A DNA stretch of 64,000 bases from Chromatiales bacterium (GCA_026984045.1 JALSSV010000020.1:7076-71075), one strand, 5' to 3'; positions 31,562 through 42,011 are shown, numbered from the stretch's first letter. The notes: generated by a model not told the origin, from the sequence alone. Program-made: numbers and translations.

Positions 31562-34270
31562 TCAGGCGGTGGCTTCCTGTGCCGCCGTCTCGTCGAGACG
31601 GTCGGCGAAGACGAAGGACAACTGGCCTTCCTCGTCGATTTCCAGGCTGAGCACGTCGGGCAGATCCCCTTCGTGGAGGTACTGCAACAGGCTGCGGGAC
31701 ATCTCCGGCAACAGTTGCTGATCCACCAGGGCATTGATGTGCCGGGCCCCCGTGTCGGGATGCAGCCCCTGGCGGGCCAGGTGGGCCAGCACGTCCGGCT
31801 GGCAGCGGAAGGTGATGTCGTGCACCGCGCCGAGGCGCCGCCCCACGGCCTCCAGGCGCAGGGCCGCGACGACCTGCAGCGCGTCTTCGGCCAGGGGCAG
31901 GTAGGGCACCACCTGCATGCGCCCAAGCAGCGCCGGCGCGAAATGGCGGCGCAGATCCTCGTGAATGGCCTCGCGCAGTTCGCCGATGCCAGGCGGCTGC
32001 CAGTCGATCTCCTCCCCGTTTTCGGGCTCGGGCGGGGTGGTGAGCTGCAGGATGGTTTCGGTACCGAGATTGGAGGTCATGAGGATCAGGGTGTTCTTGA
32101 AATCGATTTCCCGCCCTTCCCCGTCGCGCATGAAGCCGCGGTCGAACACCTGATAGAAGAGGTTCATCACGTCCGGATGGGCCTTTTCCACTTCGTCGAG
32201 CAGCACGATGGACCAGGGACGCTGGCGTACCGCTTCGGTGAGGATGCCGCCTTCGCCATAGCCCACGTAACCCGGCGGCGAGCCCTTGAGCTGGGAGACC
32301 GTGTGGGCTTCCTGGTACTCGCTCATGTTGATGGTGATGAGATAGCGCTCGTCGCCCAGCAATTCGTCGGCCAGGGCCCGGGCGGTCTCGGTCTTGCCCA
32401 CGCCGCTGGGGCCGGCGAGCAGGAACACGCCGAGCGGCGCGTCGGGGTTGCGCAGGCCGGCGCGGGCGCTGCGCACGGTGCGGGCGATGGCCGCCAGGGC
32501 CTGATCCTGGCCCACGACCCGTTCGGCCAGCCGTTCTTCCAGGTGCATGAGGGTTTCGATGTCGTCCTTGAGCATCTTGCCCACGGGCACTCCGGTCCAG
32601 TCGGCGATCACCTCGGCCACGGCGGCGGCATTGACCTCGGCCTGCACCAGCGGCCGCTCGCCCTGCACCGCCTGCAGTTCCTCGCGCAGATCGTCGGAGG
32701 CACTGCGCAGGGCCACCACCTCGGGCGCCTCGGCTTCGTCGGCCTGCTGCAGCGAGTCCCGCTTGGCGTGGATGGCCGCGACCAGTTCGCTCTCCCGGCG
32801 CCACTGGGCCTCCAGTTCGTCGAGACGGCGGCGGGTGGCATCGCGATCCGCTTCGAGCTTGCCGATCAGGCGCGGATCCACGGCGATGCCGGCGCGGCGT
32901 TCGCCATCCAGGTGGGTCAGGCGGCGCTCGAGGTATTCGAGCCGGCTCTCCGCCTGTTCCAGTTCCGCCGGGCGCGCGGCCTGGCCCATGCGGATCCGGG
33001 CGGCCGCCGTGTCCAGCAGATCGATGGCCTTGTCGGGCAACTGGCGGCCGTTGATGTAACGGCTGGAGAGGCGCACCGCCGCCTCGATGGCCGCATCGGT
33101 GATCAGAATGTTGTGATGCATCTGGTAGTGGATCTTGAGGCCGTTGAGCATCACGATGGCGTTCTCCTCGGAAGGCTCATCCACCTTGACCATCTGGAAG
33201 CGCCGTTCGAGGGCGGCGTCGCGCTCGAAGTACTGCTTGTATTCGGACCAGGTGGTGGCGGCGATGGTGCGCAGTTCGCCGCGGGCGAGGGCCGGCTTGA
33301 GCAGGTTGGCCGCATCACTCATGCCCGCTTCGCCGCCGGCGCCGATCAGGGTGTGGGCCTCGTCGATGAACAGGATGATCGGCTGGGCCGCGTTGCGCAC
33401 CTCGTCGATCACCTGCTTGAGCCGTTTTTCGAACTCGCCCTTGACCCCCGCCCCGGCCTGGAGCAGGCCGAGATCGAGAGTATGGATGTGCACCGGCCTG
33501 AGATCCTCGGGGACCGTGCCCTGGGCGATGCGCAGGGCCAGCCCTTCCACCAGGGCGGTCTTGCCCACCCCGGGATCCCCCACCAGGATGGGGTTGTTCT
33601 TGCGCCGGCGGCTGAGGATGTCGATCATCAGGCGCACCTCTTCGTCGCGCCCCAGCACCGGATCGATCTCGCCATTGGCGGCCTTGGCCACGATGTCTTC
33701 GGTGAAGCGGGCCAGGGCGGAATCGCCGCCGGGGGCCGCTGCGACGTGGGCGGCGGTGGTCGGCGGCGGCGCGGTGCCTGCCGCGGTGCGCAAGGGGCCT
33801 TCCACCGAGGTGGCGATCAGCGCCTCGGCGCCGGCACGGAGCGCCTGGATGTCGATCCGCTCCAGTTCCGCCCAGGCCTCGCCGGGGAGCATGGGGGCCA
33901 TCTCGACCAGGGCATCGAGCAGCGGCAGGGAACGCAGGCTGTCGATGCCGTAGTGCAGCGAGGCTGCCAGCCAGGCCCGCTCCAGCCATTCCAGCAGCAG
34001 CGGCGAGAGCGCCGGCTTGCCCGGATTGTTGGCCCGCAACCGGCCCAGATTGGCCAGCAGTCCCTGCCAGAAGGCATCGAGATCCATGCCGAAATGGCGC
34101 AGGATGCGATCCAGATCGCCGCCGCCGTTCTCCAGCAGCTTGATCAGGACATGCTCGATGGTCACCTCGTAATGGCTGCGGGTGCCGGCGAAGGCCGCGG
34201 CCTCCTCGAAGGCCTGTGAGCAATGTTCGTCGAGCCGTTCGAGCAGCTCGCGGATCGGTCGGTTCTTCAC
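31562..34270 (-). CDS. clpV: T6SS AAA+ ATPase ClpV (TssH)
   Basis: Clp N-domain, two AAA+ modules (GDPGVGKTA; GPSGVGKTE), 902 aa. Confidence 0.95.
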   Translation of the reverse strand: MKNRPIRELLERLDEHCSQAFEEAAAFAGTRSHYEVTIEHVLIKLLENGGGDLDRILRHFGMDLDAFWQGLLANLGRLRANNPGKPALSPLLLEWLERAWLAASLHYGIDSLRSLPLLDALVEMAPMLPGEAWAELERIDIQALRAGAEALIATSVEGPLRTAAGTAPPPTTAAHVAAAPGGDSALARFTEDIVAKAANGEIDPVLGRDEEVRLMIDILSRRRKNNPILVGDPGVGKTALVEGLALRIAQGTVPEDLRPVHIHTLDLGLLQAGAGVKGEFEKRLKQVIDEVRNAAQPIILFIDEAHTLIGAGGEAGMSDAANLLKPALARGELRTIAATTWSEYKQYFERDAALERRFQMVKVDEPSEENAIVMLNGLKIHYQMHHNILITDAAIEAAVRLSSRYINGRQLPDKAIDLLDTAAARIRMGQAARPAELEQAESRLEYLERRLTHLDGERRAGIAVDPRLIGKLEADRDATRRRLDELEAQWRRESELVAAIHAKRDSLQQADEAEAPEVVALRSASDDLREELQAVQGERPLVQAEVNAAAVAEVIADWTGVPVGKMLKDDIETLMHLEERLAERVVGQDQALAAIARTVRSARAGLRNPDAPLGVFLLAGPSGVGKTETARALADELLGDERYLITINMSEYQEAHTVSQLKGSPPGYVGYGEGGILTEAVRQRPWSIVLLDEVEKAHPDVMNLFYQVFDRGFMRDGEGREIDFKNTLILMTSNLGTETILQLTTPPEPENGEEIDWQPPGIGELREAIHEDLRRHFAPALLGRMQVVPYLPLAEDALQVVAALRLEAVGRRLGAVHDITFRCQPDVLAHLARQGLHPDTGARHINALVDQQLLPEMSRSLLQYLHEGDLPDVLSLEIDEEGQLSFVFADRLDETAAQEATA

Positions 34271-34314
34271 GTCGTCTCTCCGTTGCGGTACGGGTGTCGT
34301 TGTTCGTTCACGGC

Positions 34315-35346
34315 TCAGGCCACCATGGCCAGTTCGTCGTCACCGGGTTCGTCGGGAGCCGGTGGCGGCGTGACGGCGAAACTGCTGCGGGGGAGACGCA
34401 GGGCATAGCTTTCCTGCAGGGTCTCCCCAAGCCAGCTCGACCAGCCGAGCACCATCTCGTCACAGCCGAGCCGCGCCCCGGTGTCGTGATCCGGCAGCAC
34501 GTGCAGGACCACGTCGAAATCCATGCCCGGTTCCAGGTAACGCGCCAGCAGTCGGCCGAGAGCCTGTCCCCGCCCGTGTCCGGGCAGCAGCTCGCGCGCC
34601 CGGGCGGCCGGCAGGGGTCCCACATGGATCCCGATCTTGCTGTTGAGATCGAGGATGGCCTCGCCCAGCAGGGCGTTGTCGCCCAGGGCCATGGCCGATT
34701 CGCCCTCACCACCCAGGCAGGCTGCCGACTGGATCGGCACCCAGCGGGGGACGAACTGCTCCACCTGCACCGGCACGCCGTCGAGGAATTCGGTCAGCAT
34801 GCCTTCGAGGGTGGCCGCCCCGCGGTTGCGGTTGCCCAGCACGCCGCAGAAGGCGTATTCGTCGCCGTCGTCCGAATCGAGCACGTTGCCGGACAAGGCA
34901 TTGAGCCAGTCGAGGTAGCTGCCGTCCTGTTCCAGGGTTACGCAGGGGCGATACTTCTTCCAGGCCAAGTAGTAGAGGGCGTAGAAGCGATGGCCGAGGA
35001 AGTCGATGAAATGGCGCAGCGCGGCGCTGGTCTCGTCGTCACGGGCGATGCGCTCGAGGAAATAGCCCGGCAGGATGCCGTCCACACCGTACAGGCCCAT
35101 GAAATTGAGTTGCAGATCGAGCCGGCCGTTGTCGATGAACCGACAGCGGCGAATGTCGGCCGCGGGGAAGCCCAGTTCGTGCGCGGGCCGCAGCCGCAGC
35201 CAGCGGTCGAGTTCGCCCCCGATGCGCCCGTGGCCATGCCAGTGGTTCTCCAGCAGGCGCAGGGCCTGGAAGAACTCGAAATTCGGGGCGTCGTCGAGGA
35301 ACGCCTGGATCAGAGCCGGGACCTGGCGCCGGGTAACGGTTCCCAT
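34315..35346 (-). CDS. tssG: T6SS baseplate protein TssG
   Basis: FEFFQALRLLE N-terminal signature. Start set to the ATG at 35346, overlapping the tssF 3' end. Confidence 0.88.
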   Translation of the reverse strand: MGTVTRRQVPALIQAFLDDAPNFEFFQALRLLENHWHGHGRIGGELDRWLRLRPAHELGFPAADIRRCRFIDNGRLDLQLNFMGLYGVDGILPGYFLERIARDDETSAALRHFIDFLGHRFYALYYLAWKKYRPCVTLEQDGSYLDWLNALSGNVLDSDDGDEYAFCGVLGNRNRGAATLEGMLTEFLDGVPVQVEQFVPRWVPIQSAACLGGEGESAMALGDNALLGEAILDLNSKIGIHVGPLPAARARELLPGHGRGQALGRLLARYLEPGMDFDVVLHVLPDHDTGARLGCDEMVLGWSSWLGETLQESYALRLPRSSFAVTPPPAPDEPGDDELAMVA

Positions 35347-37043
35347 GTCATGACCTTGTTGGTGGGATGGCACTGGACGCGGGTCTGCACGAAACTGTTG
35401 ACCGTGGCGTACATGCTGAAGAAATGGTGCAGCACCTGGCCGAAGAGATGCATGTCGGCCTGGGAGCGGTAGTGATCCTCGTGCAGGAGAAGGCGGATCT
35501 CCATGCCCCGCAGCAGCGCGCCGCGCTGCAGCCGTTCCATCGGGACCACTTCCACCTGGCGGATGCCCTCGATCCGGCGCTGGTTCTGCTCGTCGTCGGT
35601 CCAGTCGTAGAGCTTGAGCAGGCGCTGGAGCATGTCCAGCCGGGTGATGGAGCTGTAGTTGAGCGAGAGGTGGGCGATGAGATCCCACTGAAAGCGTTCG
35701 CGGGACGGCGGATGGCGCAGCGGCGTGGGCCGGGTGATGTTGCTGCACGCGGCATAGGATGGAAAGTTGTCGGTCGGATTGTTGATGTCCTTCTCACGCA
35801 GAAAGCGGCGCGGCAAATCGCCATTGGTGGCGAGGATGTCGCAGCTCAGGGTCTCGTTCTTCGGCTCGGTGGCGCCGCCGACACTGAGGGTGAGGTTGGT
35901 GCGCCCTTCGGCGCCGGGCCGGCGCTGGTAGTGGAAATAGCGCCCCTTGCGCTTGCGATGCTGAAAGCTGTACATGGGCACGTATTCGTGCCGCTCGCCG
36001 GTTTCCGTGTCGATGCCCACGACCCGTTCGATGCTGTAGATCTGGAGGGACTTGCGCAGCGGATGACTGGCCACCACCGGATACTCGGCCCGCCGGTGAT
36101 CCAGCGAAATCGGTTCGGCATGTTCCTCGAACAGGTTCACCGCCGGCACGCAGTGCAGGCGGAAATTGTCGGGGCCGATGCGGTGGTCCTGCGGGCAGAG
36201 ACCGTTGACCGTCACCTCCAGCTCGAAACGCCGCGTCTCCGGTGACCAGTCCACGCGCTCGAGCCCGTGCACCTCGACGAACAGGTACTTTTCCCGGAAG
36301 GCGAAGTAGTCCTGCAACAACTGGAAACCGTGAAAGCTGCGGCCGCTGGATTCGATGAGGGTGGATTCAGGCCCGAGGTGGGCCGCCTGCAGGGCCTGCC
36401 GCGCATCGAGTTCGACCGGCGTGTGACGGGGATCGTCGGGAAACACGACCCGGACCCGGCGGGCCTCCCCGGTGAACTGGTGATGCAGGAACAGGGCCAC
36501 GGCCGGATCCGCATGGAAATGGATGCGCAGGCGGGCCAGATCGAGGTGATCGATGCTGACCCCGGCATCGAGCTGGAAGCACAGCCGGAAGACGCTGCCT
36601 CCCCCGGTCGGCTCCTCGATCTGGAGCCGTTGGAGTTCAATGGGATTGAGCACCACGGGCTCCACCGTGCGGAAGCGGCACTTATGCTTGTCCGGCCCCA
36701 CCTCCTTTGAGATGAGAAGCGTATGGCGCTCGATCTGCTGGGTCTTCTGCAGCTGGTTCTGCCGGGCCTCGAACTGGACGATGGTGGCCGAGGGATAGGG
36801 CCGCAGGAAATGGGGCCAGAGCTGGTTGAGCAGGGTTTCGCTGACCTCCGGAATGTCGTTTTCCAAGTGATAGCGGATCTGGGCGGTGAGATAAGCCATG
36901 CCCTCCAGCAGGCGTTCCACGTAGGGATCCCGATCCTTGACCTCCAGCAGGTTGAGCATGCCGGCCTGTTCGGGATGGGCATGGGCAAAGTCCTGGGCCG
37001 ACTCCTGCAGGAGCCGCATTTCCGCTTCGAAATATTCGCGCAC
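35310..37043 (-). CDS. tssF: T6SS baseplate protein TssF
   Basis: (GTG start) REYFEAEMRLLQESAQDFAHAHPEQA...YVERLLEGMAYL, the canonical TssF N-terminus. 577 aa. Confidence 0.92.
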   Translation of the reverse strand: MREYFEAEMRLLQESAQDFAHAHPEQAGMLNLLEVKDRDPYVERLLEGMAYLTAQIRYHLENDIPEVSETLLNQLWPHFLRPYPSATIVQFEARQNQLQKTQQIERHTLLISKEVGPDKHKCRFRTVEPVVLNPIELQRLQIEEPTGGGSVFRLCFQLDAGVSIDHLDLARLRIHFHADPAVALFLHHQFTGEARRVRVVFPDDPRHTPVELDARQALQAAHLGPESTLIESSGRSFHGFQLLQDYFAFREKYLFVEVHGLERVDWSPETRRFELEVTVNGLCPQDHRIGPDNFRLHCVPAVNLFEEHAEPISLDHRRAEYPVVASHPLRKSLQIYSIERVVGIDTETGERHEYVPMYSFQHRKRKGRYFHYQRRPGAEGRTNLTLSVGGATEPKNETLSCDILATNGDLPRRFLREKDINNPTDNFPSYAACSNITRPTPLRHPPSRERFQWDLIAHLSLNYSSITRLDMLQRLLKLYDWTDDEQNQRRIEGIRQVEVVPMERLQRGALLRGMEIRLLLHEDHYRSQADMHLFGQVLHHFFSMYATVNSFVQTRVQCHPTNKVMTWEPLPGARSRL

Positions 37044-37472
37044 CTAGTCGTCCCTCGTCTGTTGCCGGAGGGCCTTGACCGTGGCCTGGCCCTCGCTGAG
37101 AAAAACCGTTTCGAACATCACGTTTTCACCACTGTGGAGGGTGCCAATCACCTCGAGGCGAAGGAAGGCCTCTCCCCTGACCAGCGGCGCGTGGCGCACT
37201 TCGACCTGCTGCAGGCGGGGTTCGTAGCGCAGAATCCCCTCGCGGATGGCGTCGACCAGTTCGGTGACGGAATACGGCAGGCCGTGAAAAATCTGGGCGA
37301 TGTCCGGCAGTCCGTAGTCGGGCAGGTGCCGGATCGTGCCCTGCCGGGCATTGAGCAGCCGTCCGAGATGGTCCCGGATGCTGTTGCTGACCGTGCCGAT
37401 ATCGACCCGATCCGGCACCGTGGTGCCGTCGGCGTAGTGGCCGGTCAGAATTTCGAACAGGGTATGATGCAT
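37044..37472 (-). CDS. tssE: T6SS baseplate protein TssE (gp25-like)
   Basis: LFEIL......SIRDHLGRLLNARQG......YGLPD, the GPW/gp25 pattern. 142 aa from the ATG at 37472. Confidence 0.88.
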   Translation of the reverse strand: MHHTLFEILTGHYADGTTVPDRVDIGTVSNSIRDHLGRLLNARQGTIRHLPDYGLPDIAQIFHGLPYSVTELVDAIREGILRYEPRLQQVEVRHAPLVRGEAFLRLEVIGTLHSGENVMFETVFLSEGQATVKALRQQTRDD

Positions 37473-37519
37473 GAAAAAAGCGGGGATCGCCTCGCGGCGA
37501 TCCCCTTCAGGGTCACGGG

Positions 37520-38005
37520 TTACCGATCTTCGTTCCAGGAGTCGGAGAACTCGATGTTGCCTTCGGCATACGTCCAGGTCACCTTTCCATAACGCAGAGA
37601 GACTTCCTCGAGATGGGGATAGCGCTCCTTGTCGAGGTCCTTGACGTTGTGCATCTTCGGCTTGATCGAGGTGATCTTCACGTTTTCCAGCTTGTGGGTG
37701 AAGTACTCCTTCTCGGTTCCGGAGTCGTCGATCTTGTACCAGCGCAGGGTCAGCTCCTTGAGGGTCTGGCCATTGCTGCACGCCTTGTAGAGATAGGGCG
37801 ACGCCGAATCGAAGGCCTTGGTGATCACCATCGGCTCGTGCTTGCGCGTGCCGGTAAGGGCACCCGAATCCGAATCCGTGGGGATGCGGACCTCGTGGTC
37901 AAAGCCCAGCACTTCGATGCTGCCCTGACGACCCTCGATGGTCACCGGGCCCTCGATCTCGTTTCCCTGGTCGTCCTTAATCCAACAATAGGCGGGAATT
38001 GCCAT
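37520..38005 (-). CDS. hcp: T6SS inner tube protein Hcp (TssD)
   Basis: 161 aa: MAIPAYCWIKDDQGNEIEG...EVLGFDHEV...GTRKHEPMVITK, the Hcp1 family pattern. Strong AAGGAGG RBS. Confidence 0.95.
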   Translation of the reverse strand: MAIPAYCWIKDDQGNEIEGPVTIEGRQGSIEVLGFDHEVRIPTDSDSGALTGTRKHEPMVITKAFDSASPYLYKACSNGQTLKELTLRWYKIDDSGTEKEYFTHKLENVKITSIKPKMHNVKDLDKERYPHLEEVSLRYGKVTWTYAEGNIEFSDSWNEDR

Positions 38006-38184
38006 TGTATTGCCTCCTTCTTTTTCCTTAGCTAAGGCAGCAACCTTGCGGTTGCGGGTTCATGTCGACGTGTTGCCACGCCATGGTTATGCACCGGCGT
38101 CGGTTTCCCTGCTTGCCGGCTACCACAAACAGCTCAAATTGTGGGTTCGGTAGGGCAGCCCGCCCGCGAGGGGCGGGGTGTCGC

Positions 38185-39717
38185 CTATTCGCTCACGGGC
38201 ATCTGGGCCACCAGCGACAGCCGCACGTCCACGCCCTCGATCTGGAAGTGGGGCATGACGAACAGCTCGACGCTGTAGAAGCCCGGATTCTCCGGAATCT
38301 CCTTGACCACCACCTGGCCGTCGCGCAGCGGATGGGTGGCCACCAGCTCCGGATCCGGATCGTTCATCTTGGTGACGAGGGTCTGGATCCAGTCGTTCAG
38401 CTCGTTCTCCAGCACCTGGCGGCTCTTGGTGGAGCCGATGTTCTCCCGCTGCAGCACCTTCAGATAATGCGCCAGACGAGAGACCAGGAAGATGTACGGC
38501 AGGCGCGCGTTGATGCGGCTGTTGGCCGTGGCTTCCGGGGTATTGTATTCAGCAGGCTTCTGGACCGAGTTGGCCGAGAAGAAGCAGGCGTAGTCGGAGT
38601 TCTTGTAATAACTGAGCGGGATGAAGCCGAGATTGGCATATTCCAGCTCGCGGGTTTCCGGAATGATGATCTCCGTGGGAATCTTGCCCTGCAGGCCGCG
38701 CCCGGCGTCGTACATGTGGATGGGCAGATTCTCCACCTTGCCCCCCGACTCCGGGCCGCGGATGTTGACGCACCAGCCGTTGTCCTTGAAGGATCTGGCC
38801 ATGTTGGCGGCAAAGGCGAAGGCGCTGTTGCCCCACAGGTAGTTCTCGTGGGTTTCGCCGCTGACATTTTCCTCGTAGGCAAAGGTGCGGACCGGGACAT
38901 TGTCCTTGCCGTAGGGCAGGCGCAGGAGGAAACGCGGCAGGGTCAGGCCGATGTAGCGGGAATCCTCCGACTCGCGGAAGGCCTTCCAGCGGATGTATTC
39001 GGCCCGATCCATGTAGGTGGCCAAGTCGTGGATCTTGGGAATGTCGTTGACATCCTCCTTGCCGAAGAACTTGGTTCCCACCGAGGCCAGGAAGGGGCAA
39101 TGGGCCACCGAAGAGACCCGCGAGATCTCGCTCAGCAGGGCAATGTCCTGGGCCGAGGCGTCGAACTCGTAGTTGCCAACGATGGCCGTGATGGGATCGC
39201 CCCCGGGCGTGTCGTACTCGTTGACATAGATGTGCTTGTAGAGGCCGGACTGGGTGGTATCCGGGGCTTCCTCGAAGTCTTCTCGCAGGTCTTCCTTGCT
39301 CACGTCGAGCAGTTCGACCCTGACATTGGATTTGAAGTCGCACTTGTCGACCAGATACTTGAGTCCGCGCCAGGTGGATTCCACTTCCTGGAAGGCGGGA
39401 TGATGCAGCACGGCGTCGAGCTGGCGGCTGATGGTCTCGTCGATCCGGTTGATGTGGCTGTCGAGCAGCGCCTTGTCGATCTTTTCGGTCTGCGCCGTCT
39501 GCTCGCTCATCACATCGAGAAACACCTGCAGAGCGGCAGTCAGGCGCGCATTCTGCTCGGCCTCGGCCATCGTCGTGAGATCGCTGAAGGCGGAGAGGTT
39601 GACCCCTTCCTTCACCGGCTGAATGTTCACCAGGCCGCACAGCTTCTCGTAGATGCTGCCGGGTTCTTCGGTCTGGACCTCGGGGGTGGCGACTTGCGCC
39701 TGTTCCTGTATAGCCAT
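38185..39717 (-). CDS. tssC: T6SS contractile sheath large subunit TssC (VipB)
   Basis: 510 aa, collinear with the TssC family. Confidence 0.95.
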   Translation of the reverse strand: MAIQEQAQVATPEVQTEEPGSIYEKLCGLVNIQPVKEGVNLSAFSDLTTMAEAEQNARLTAALQVFLDVMSEQTAQTEKIDKALLDSHINRIDETISRQLDAVLHHPAFQEVESTWRGLKYLVDKCDFKSNVRVELLDVSKEDLREDFEEAPDTTQSGLYKHIYVNEYDTPGGDPITAIVGNYEFDASAQDIALLSEISRVSSVAHCPFLASVGTKFFGKEDVNDIPKIHDLATYMDRAEYIRWKAFRESEDSRYIGLTLPRFLLRLPYGKDNVPVRTFAYEENVSGETHENYLWGNSAFAFAANMARSFKDNGWCVNIRGPESGGKVENLPIHMYDAGRGLQGKIPTEIIIPETRELEYANLGFIPLSYYKNSDYACFFSANSVQKPAEYNTPEATANSRINARLPYIFLVSRLAHYLKVLQRENIGSTKSRQVLENELNDWIQTLVTKMNDPDPELVATHPLRDGQVVVKEIPENPGFYSVELFVMPHFQIEGVDVRLSLVAQMPVSE

Positions 39718-39748
39718 GACGTTATCCTCTTCGGTTCCGTGGGCGCAT

Positions 39749-40282
39749 TCAGGAGGCCGGTTCGGCCTCAGTGGCGGCTTCGGCCTCCTCGCTCAGGGGG
39801 GCGATGCTCTCGAGCTCCGACTTCAGCTCCTCGAGTTCGGGCTGGTTTCTGATGATCTTCTCCAGCTCCTTGCGGAAGCGGCCGTTGTCGAGCAGGTTGG
39901 ACTTGAGATCCTTGAGCAGATTGCGCATCGCCAGCAGGTTGTAGAGTTCCGGGATCTGCTTGGCCACCTGCTCGGGATGGAAGGACTTGAATTCGGTGAA
40001 GGTCAGATCCACCGCCACCTCGCTGCCGTCGTTGCGCACCAGGTTGGGCACGCTGTAACGCACTTGCGGCGCCAGCTGTTCCATGACTTTCTCGATGTTG
40101 TTCTGATTGATGTTGATGCGCTCTCGCTCGGCCACCCGGCCCTGGCCCTTGCCGTTGCTGAAATCGCCCATGCAGAGCAGTTTCATCGGCAATTCGAGTT
40201 TCTTGCGGGCGCCGCCGGTTTCCACGTCGAGGGTGATGTTCACCCGGGCCTTGGGCACTTCTTTCTGGAAGCTGTCAGCCAT
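39749..40282 (-). CDS. tssB: T6SS contractile sheath small subunit TssB (VipA)
   Basis: PKARVNITLDVETGGARKKLELPMKLLCMGDFS, the canonical TssB motif. Confidence 0.95.
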   Translation of the reverse strand: MADSFQKEVPKARVNITLDVETGGARKKLELPMKLLCMGDFSNGKGQGRVAERERININQNNIEKVMEQLAPQVRYSVPNLVRNDGSEVAVDLTFTEFKSFHPEQVAKQIPELYNLLAMRNLLKDLKSNLLDNGRFRKELEKIIRNQPELEELKSELESIAPLSEEAEAATEAEPAS

Positions 40283-40370
40283 TGTCTTCTCCTTGCATGC
40301 CTGCTGCGGTTGTCGCCATGCCGGACATGGCGGTTGCGGTTAACGGCCGGCGCGGCGCGCCGCGCCAGAT

Positions 40371-42011
40371 TCAGTTCATCGCCAGGGCCTGCTGCATGTC
40401 GATGCGGCAGACGGTCTGATGGATGGCCTCGAGGCGACGCTCGAGTTCGACCCGTCGGCCCTCCTCGGCCTGCCCGAGCAGGCTGCGCAGGGCACTGCGG
40501 GCGTAACGGGCTAGGGTGATGACCAGATCCACGTCCCACCAGGCCAGGTGCCGCGCCTCGGCGGTATCCCAGAGCTCCTCGATGACCGGCCAGGCGATGT
40601 CCACCCGGCCATGTTCCAGACACAGGCCGGCCATGGCCATGCGCATCAGGAAACGCTGCCGTTCGGTGTAGGCGCCATAGCCGGAAAACAGGTTGAGCGC
40701 CTCGGGCAGTCCCTGCTTGCGGGCCGTCTCCCGGGCCGCGTCGATGAGCGTGTTCAGTTCCTCGTCGAGGCGGCCCTGCAGACCGACCCCGCCTCCTTCG
40801 CCGCGCGGAATGCACTGCTCGAGCCAGGGGCGCGCCTCGCCCGAGGCGAAGGGCGTGCCGTCCTCGTACTGCAGATCCATCACCCCGTCGAGGCGCCCCA
40901 GCAGGAGGCCGGTCTGCCGCTCCAGGGTGGCGGCCAGTTCGTCGTCGCCCAGGGCCACGGCGGCCTCGTGGGACAGCCAGGCCAGATCCAGAAGAAACTG
41001 GCCGGAGGGCTCGAACAGCATGGCCTCGCTCTGGGCCAGGGCGGCCTTCGGATCGTTGCCGGCCAGGGCGTTGCGGATCGCCGCAAGGCCCGCCGCCCGC
41101 GGGGCCGGCAGCCGGGTCCGGCCGCCCTCGTGTGGCGGCAGGCGCAGGGTGCTCCAGCGCAGGGCCCGGGCCAGGGAAACGGCGCGGACCGCGTCACCGG
41201 CCTCGAGGAAAATCCGGCACAGGCTCTGGCCATGGCGCAGGCGTTCGGCCTCGGTCAGCTCGGCACCGTCGGCGGGAAATGTCTGCGCCGAGGCGGCGGC
41301 CCGTTCCCGCGCCGTTCCGGGGGATTCCGACGGGGCGTCATTCTTCGCCTCGGCCGGCGGCGCCTCCTTGGGGGCAGTCTGCTTCAGTCGCTCCGCGGTC
41401 CAGTCGTCGAGCAGGGTGAAACGGGGTGGTTCGTCTTCCGAATCGCCGAGCAGGGCCGCGATGGCGTCGTTGATGTTCTCGATGGCCGTGGCAATCTGTT
41501 GCAGCGTCTCATGGCTGGCGTTGTCGCCCTGCTCCGTCACGTAGGCCTGGAGCTTGGCATGGTTGAGCCAGCGCAGGGCCGCGGCGCGGGCACCGGCCTT
41601 GGTCGGAAACAGTTCCTCACCGCACTCCCGCAGCAGTCCTTCGTAGATCCAGAGGCCATCGCGGAAACCCTCGACGCCGCTGACATAGCTGAGGGCCAGC
41701 AGCAGATAGCCGGCCACGCGCAGATCCTTGCCCTCCTCCGCCAGCACCTTGCGGGCCAGGCGGATGACCTCGTCGTAGTCGTTGCCGGAGAGCTTGTCGA
41801 TCTCCTGCTTGATGAGCATGAAGGCATCGCCATAGCGGGGATCCTCTCGCTCGGCGCCATCGCCAAAGGGCGTGACCAGCGCCCGGATCCATTCCGGACG
41901 GGGATCCGCTGCGGGCGCCTCGGGCGACAGGACGTCGGCGGCCTCGGCCACGGCAGCCTCCGCCACCGGCGTTTCTTCCACTGGCGGTTCGTGCATGGCG
42001 GACGCGGTCAT
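40371..42011 (-). CDS. tssA: T6SS protein TssA (ImpA N-terminal domain)
   Basis: ImpA_N pattern (DPRYGDAFMLIKQEIDKL...DYDEVIRLARKVLAEEGKDLRVAGYLLLAL). Start ATG 42011 overlaps the tagF stop. Confidence 0.85.
   Translation of the reverse strand: MTASAMHEPPVEETPVAEAAVAEAADVLSPEAPAADPRPEWIRALVTPFGDGAEREDPRYGDAFMLIKQEIDKLSGNDYDEVIRLARKVLAEEGKDLRVAGYLLLALSYVSGVEGFRDGLWIYEGLLRECGEELFPTKAGARAAALRWLNHAKLQAYVTEQGDNASHETLQQIATAIENINDAIAALLGDSEDEPPRFTLLDDWTAERLKQTAPKEAPPAEAKNDAPSESPGTARERAAASAQTFPADGAELTEAERLRHGQSLCRIFLEAGDAVRAVSLARALRWSTLRLPPHEGGRTRLPAPRAAGLAAIRNALAGNDPKAALAQSEAMLFEPSGQFLLDLAWLSHEAAVALGDDELAATLERQTGLLLGRLDGVMDLQYEDGTPFASGEARPWLEQCIPRGEGGGVGLQGRLDEELNTLIDAARETARKQGLPEALNLFSGYGAYTERQRFLMRMAMAGLCLEHGRVDIAWPVIEELWDTAEARHLAWWDVDLVITLARYARSALRSLLGQAEEGRRVELERRLEAIHQTVCRIDMQQALAMN

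Noticed and set aside
31536-32804. Track ORF extends vgrG to 1117 aa, which would suggest an N-terminally 'evolved' VgrG overlapping clpV.
   Set aside because: The extension is Arg/Gly/Pro-rich and overlaps the ClpV C-terminus in another frame. A proper ATG at 31535 gives MDVLKNIANAVKLD..., a normal VgrG N-terminus 26 nt after the clpV stop. The same logic was used to trim ligA, smc, tssA, tssG, tssE, tagF, queF, addA and the SDR.
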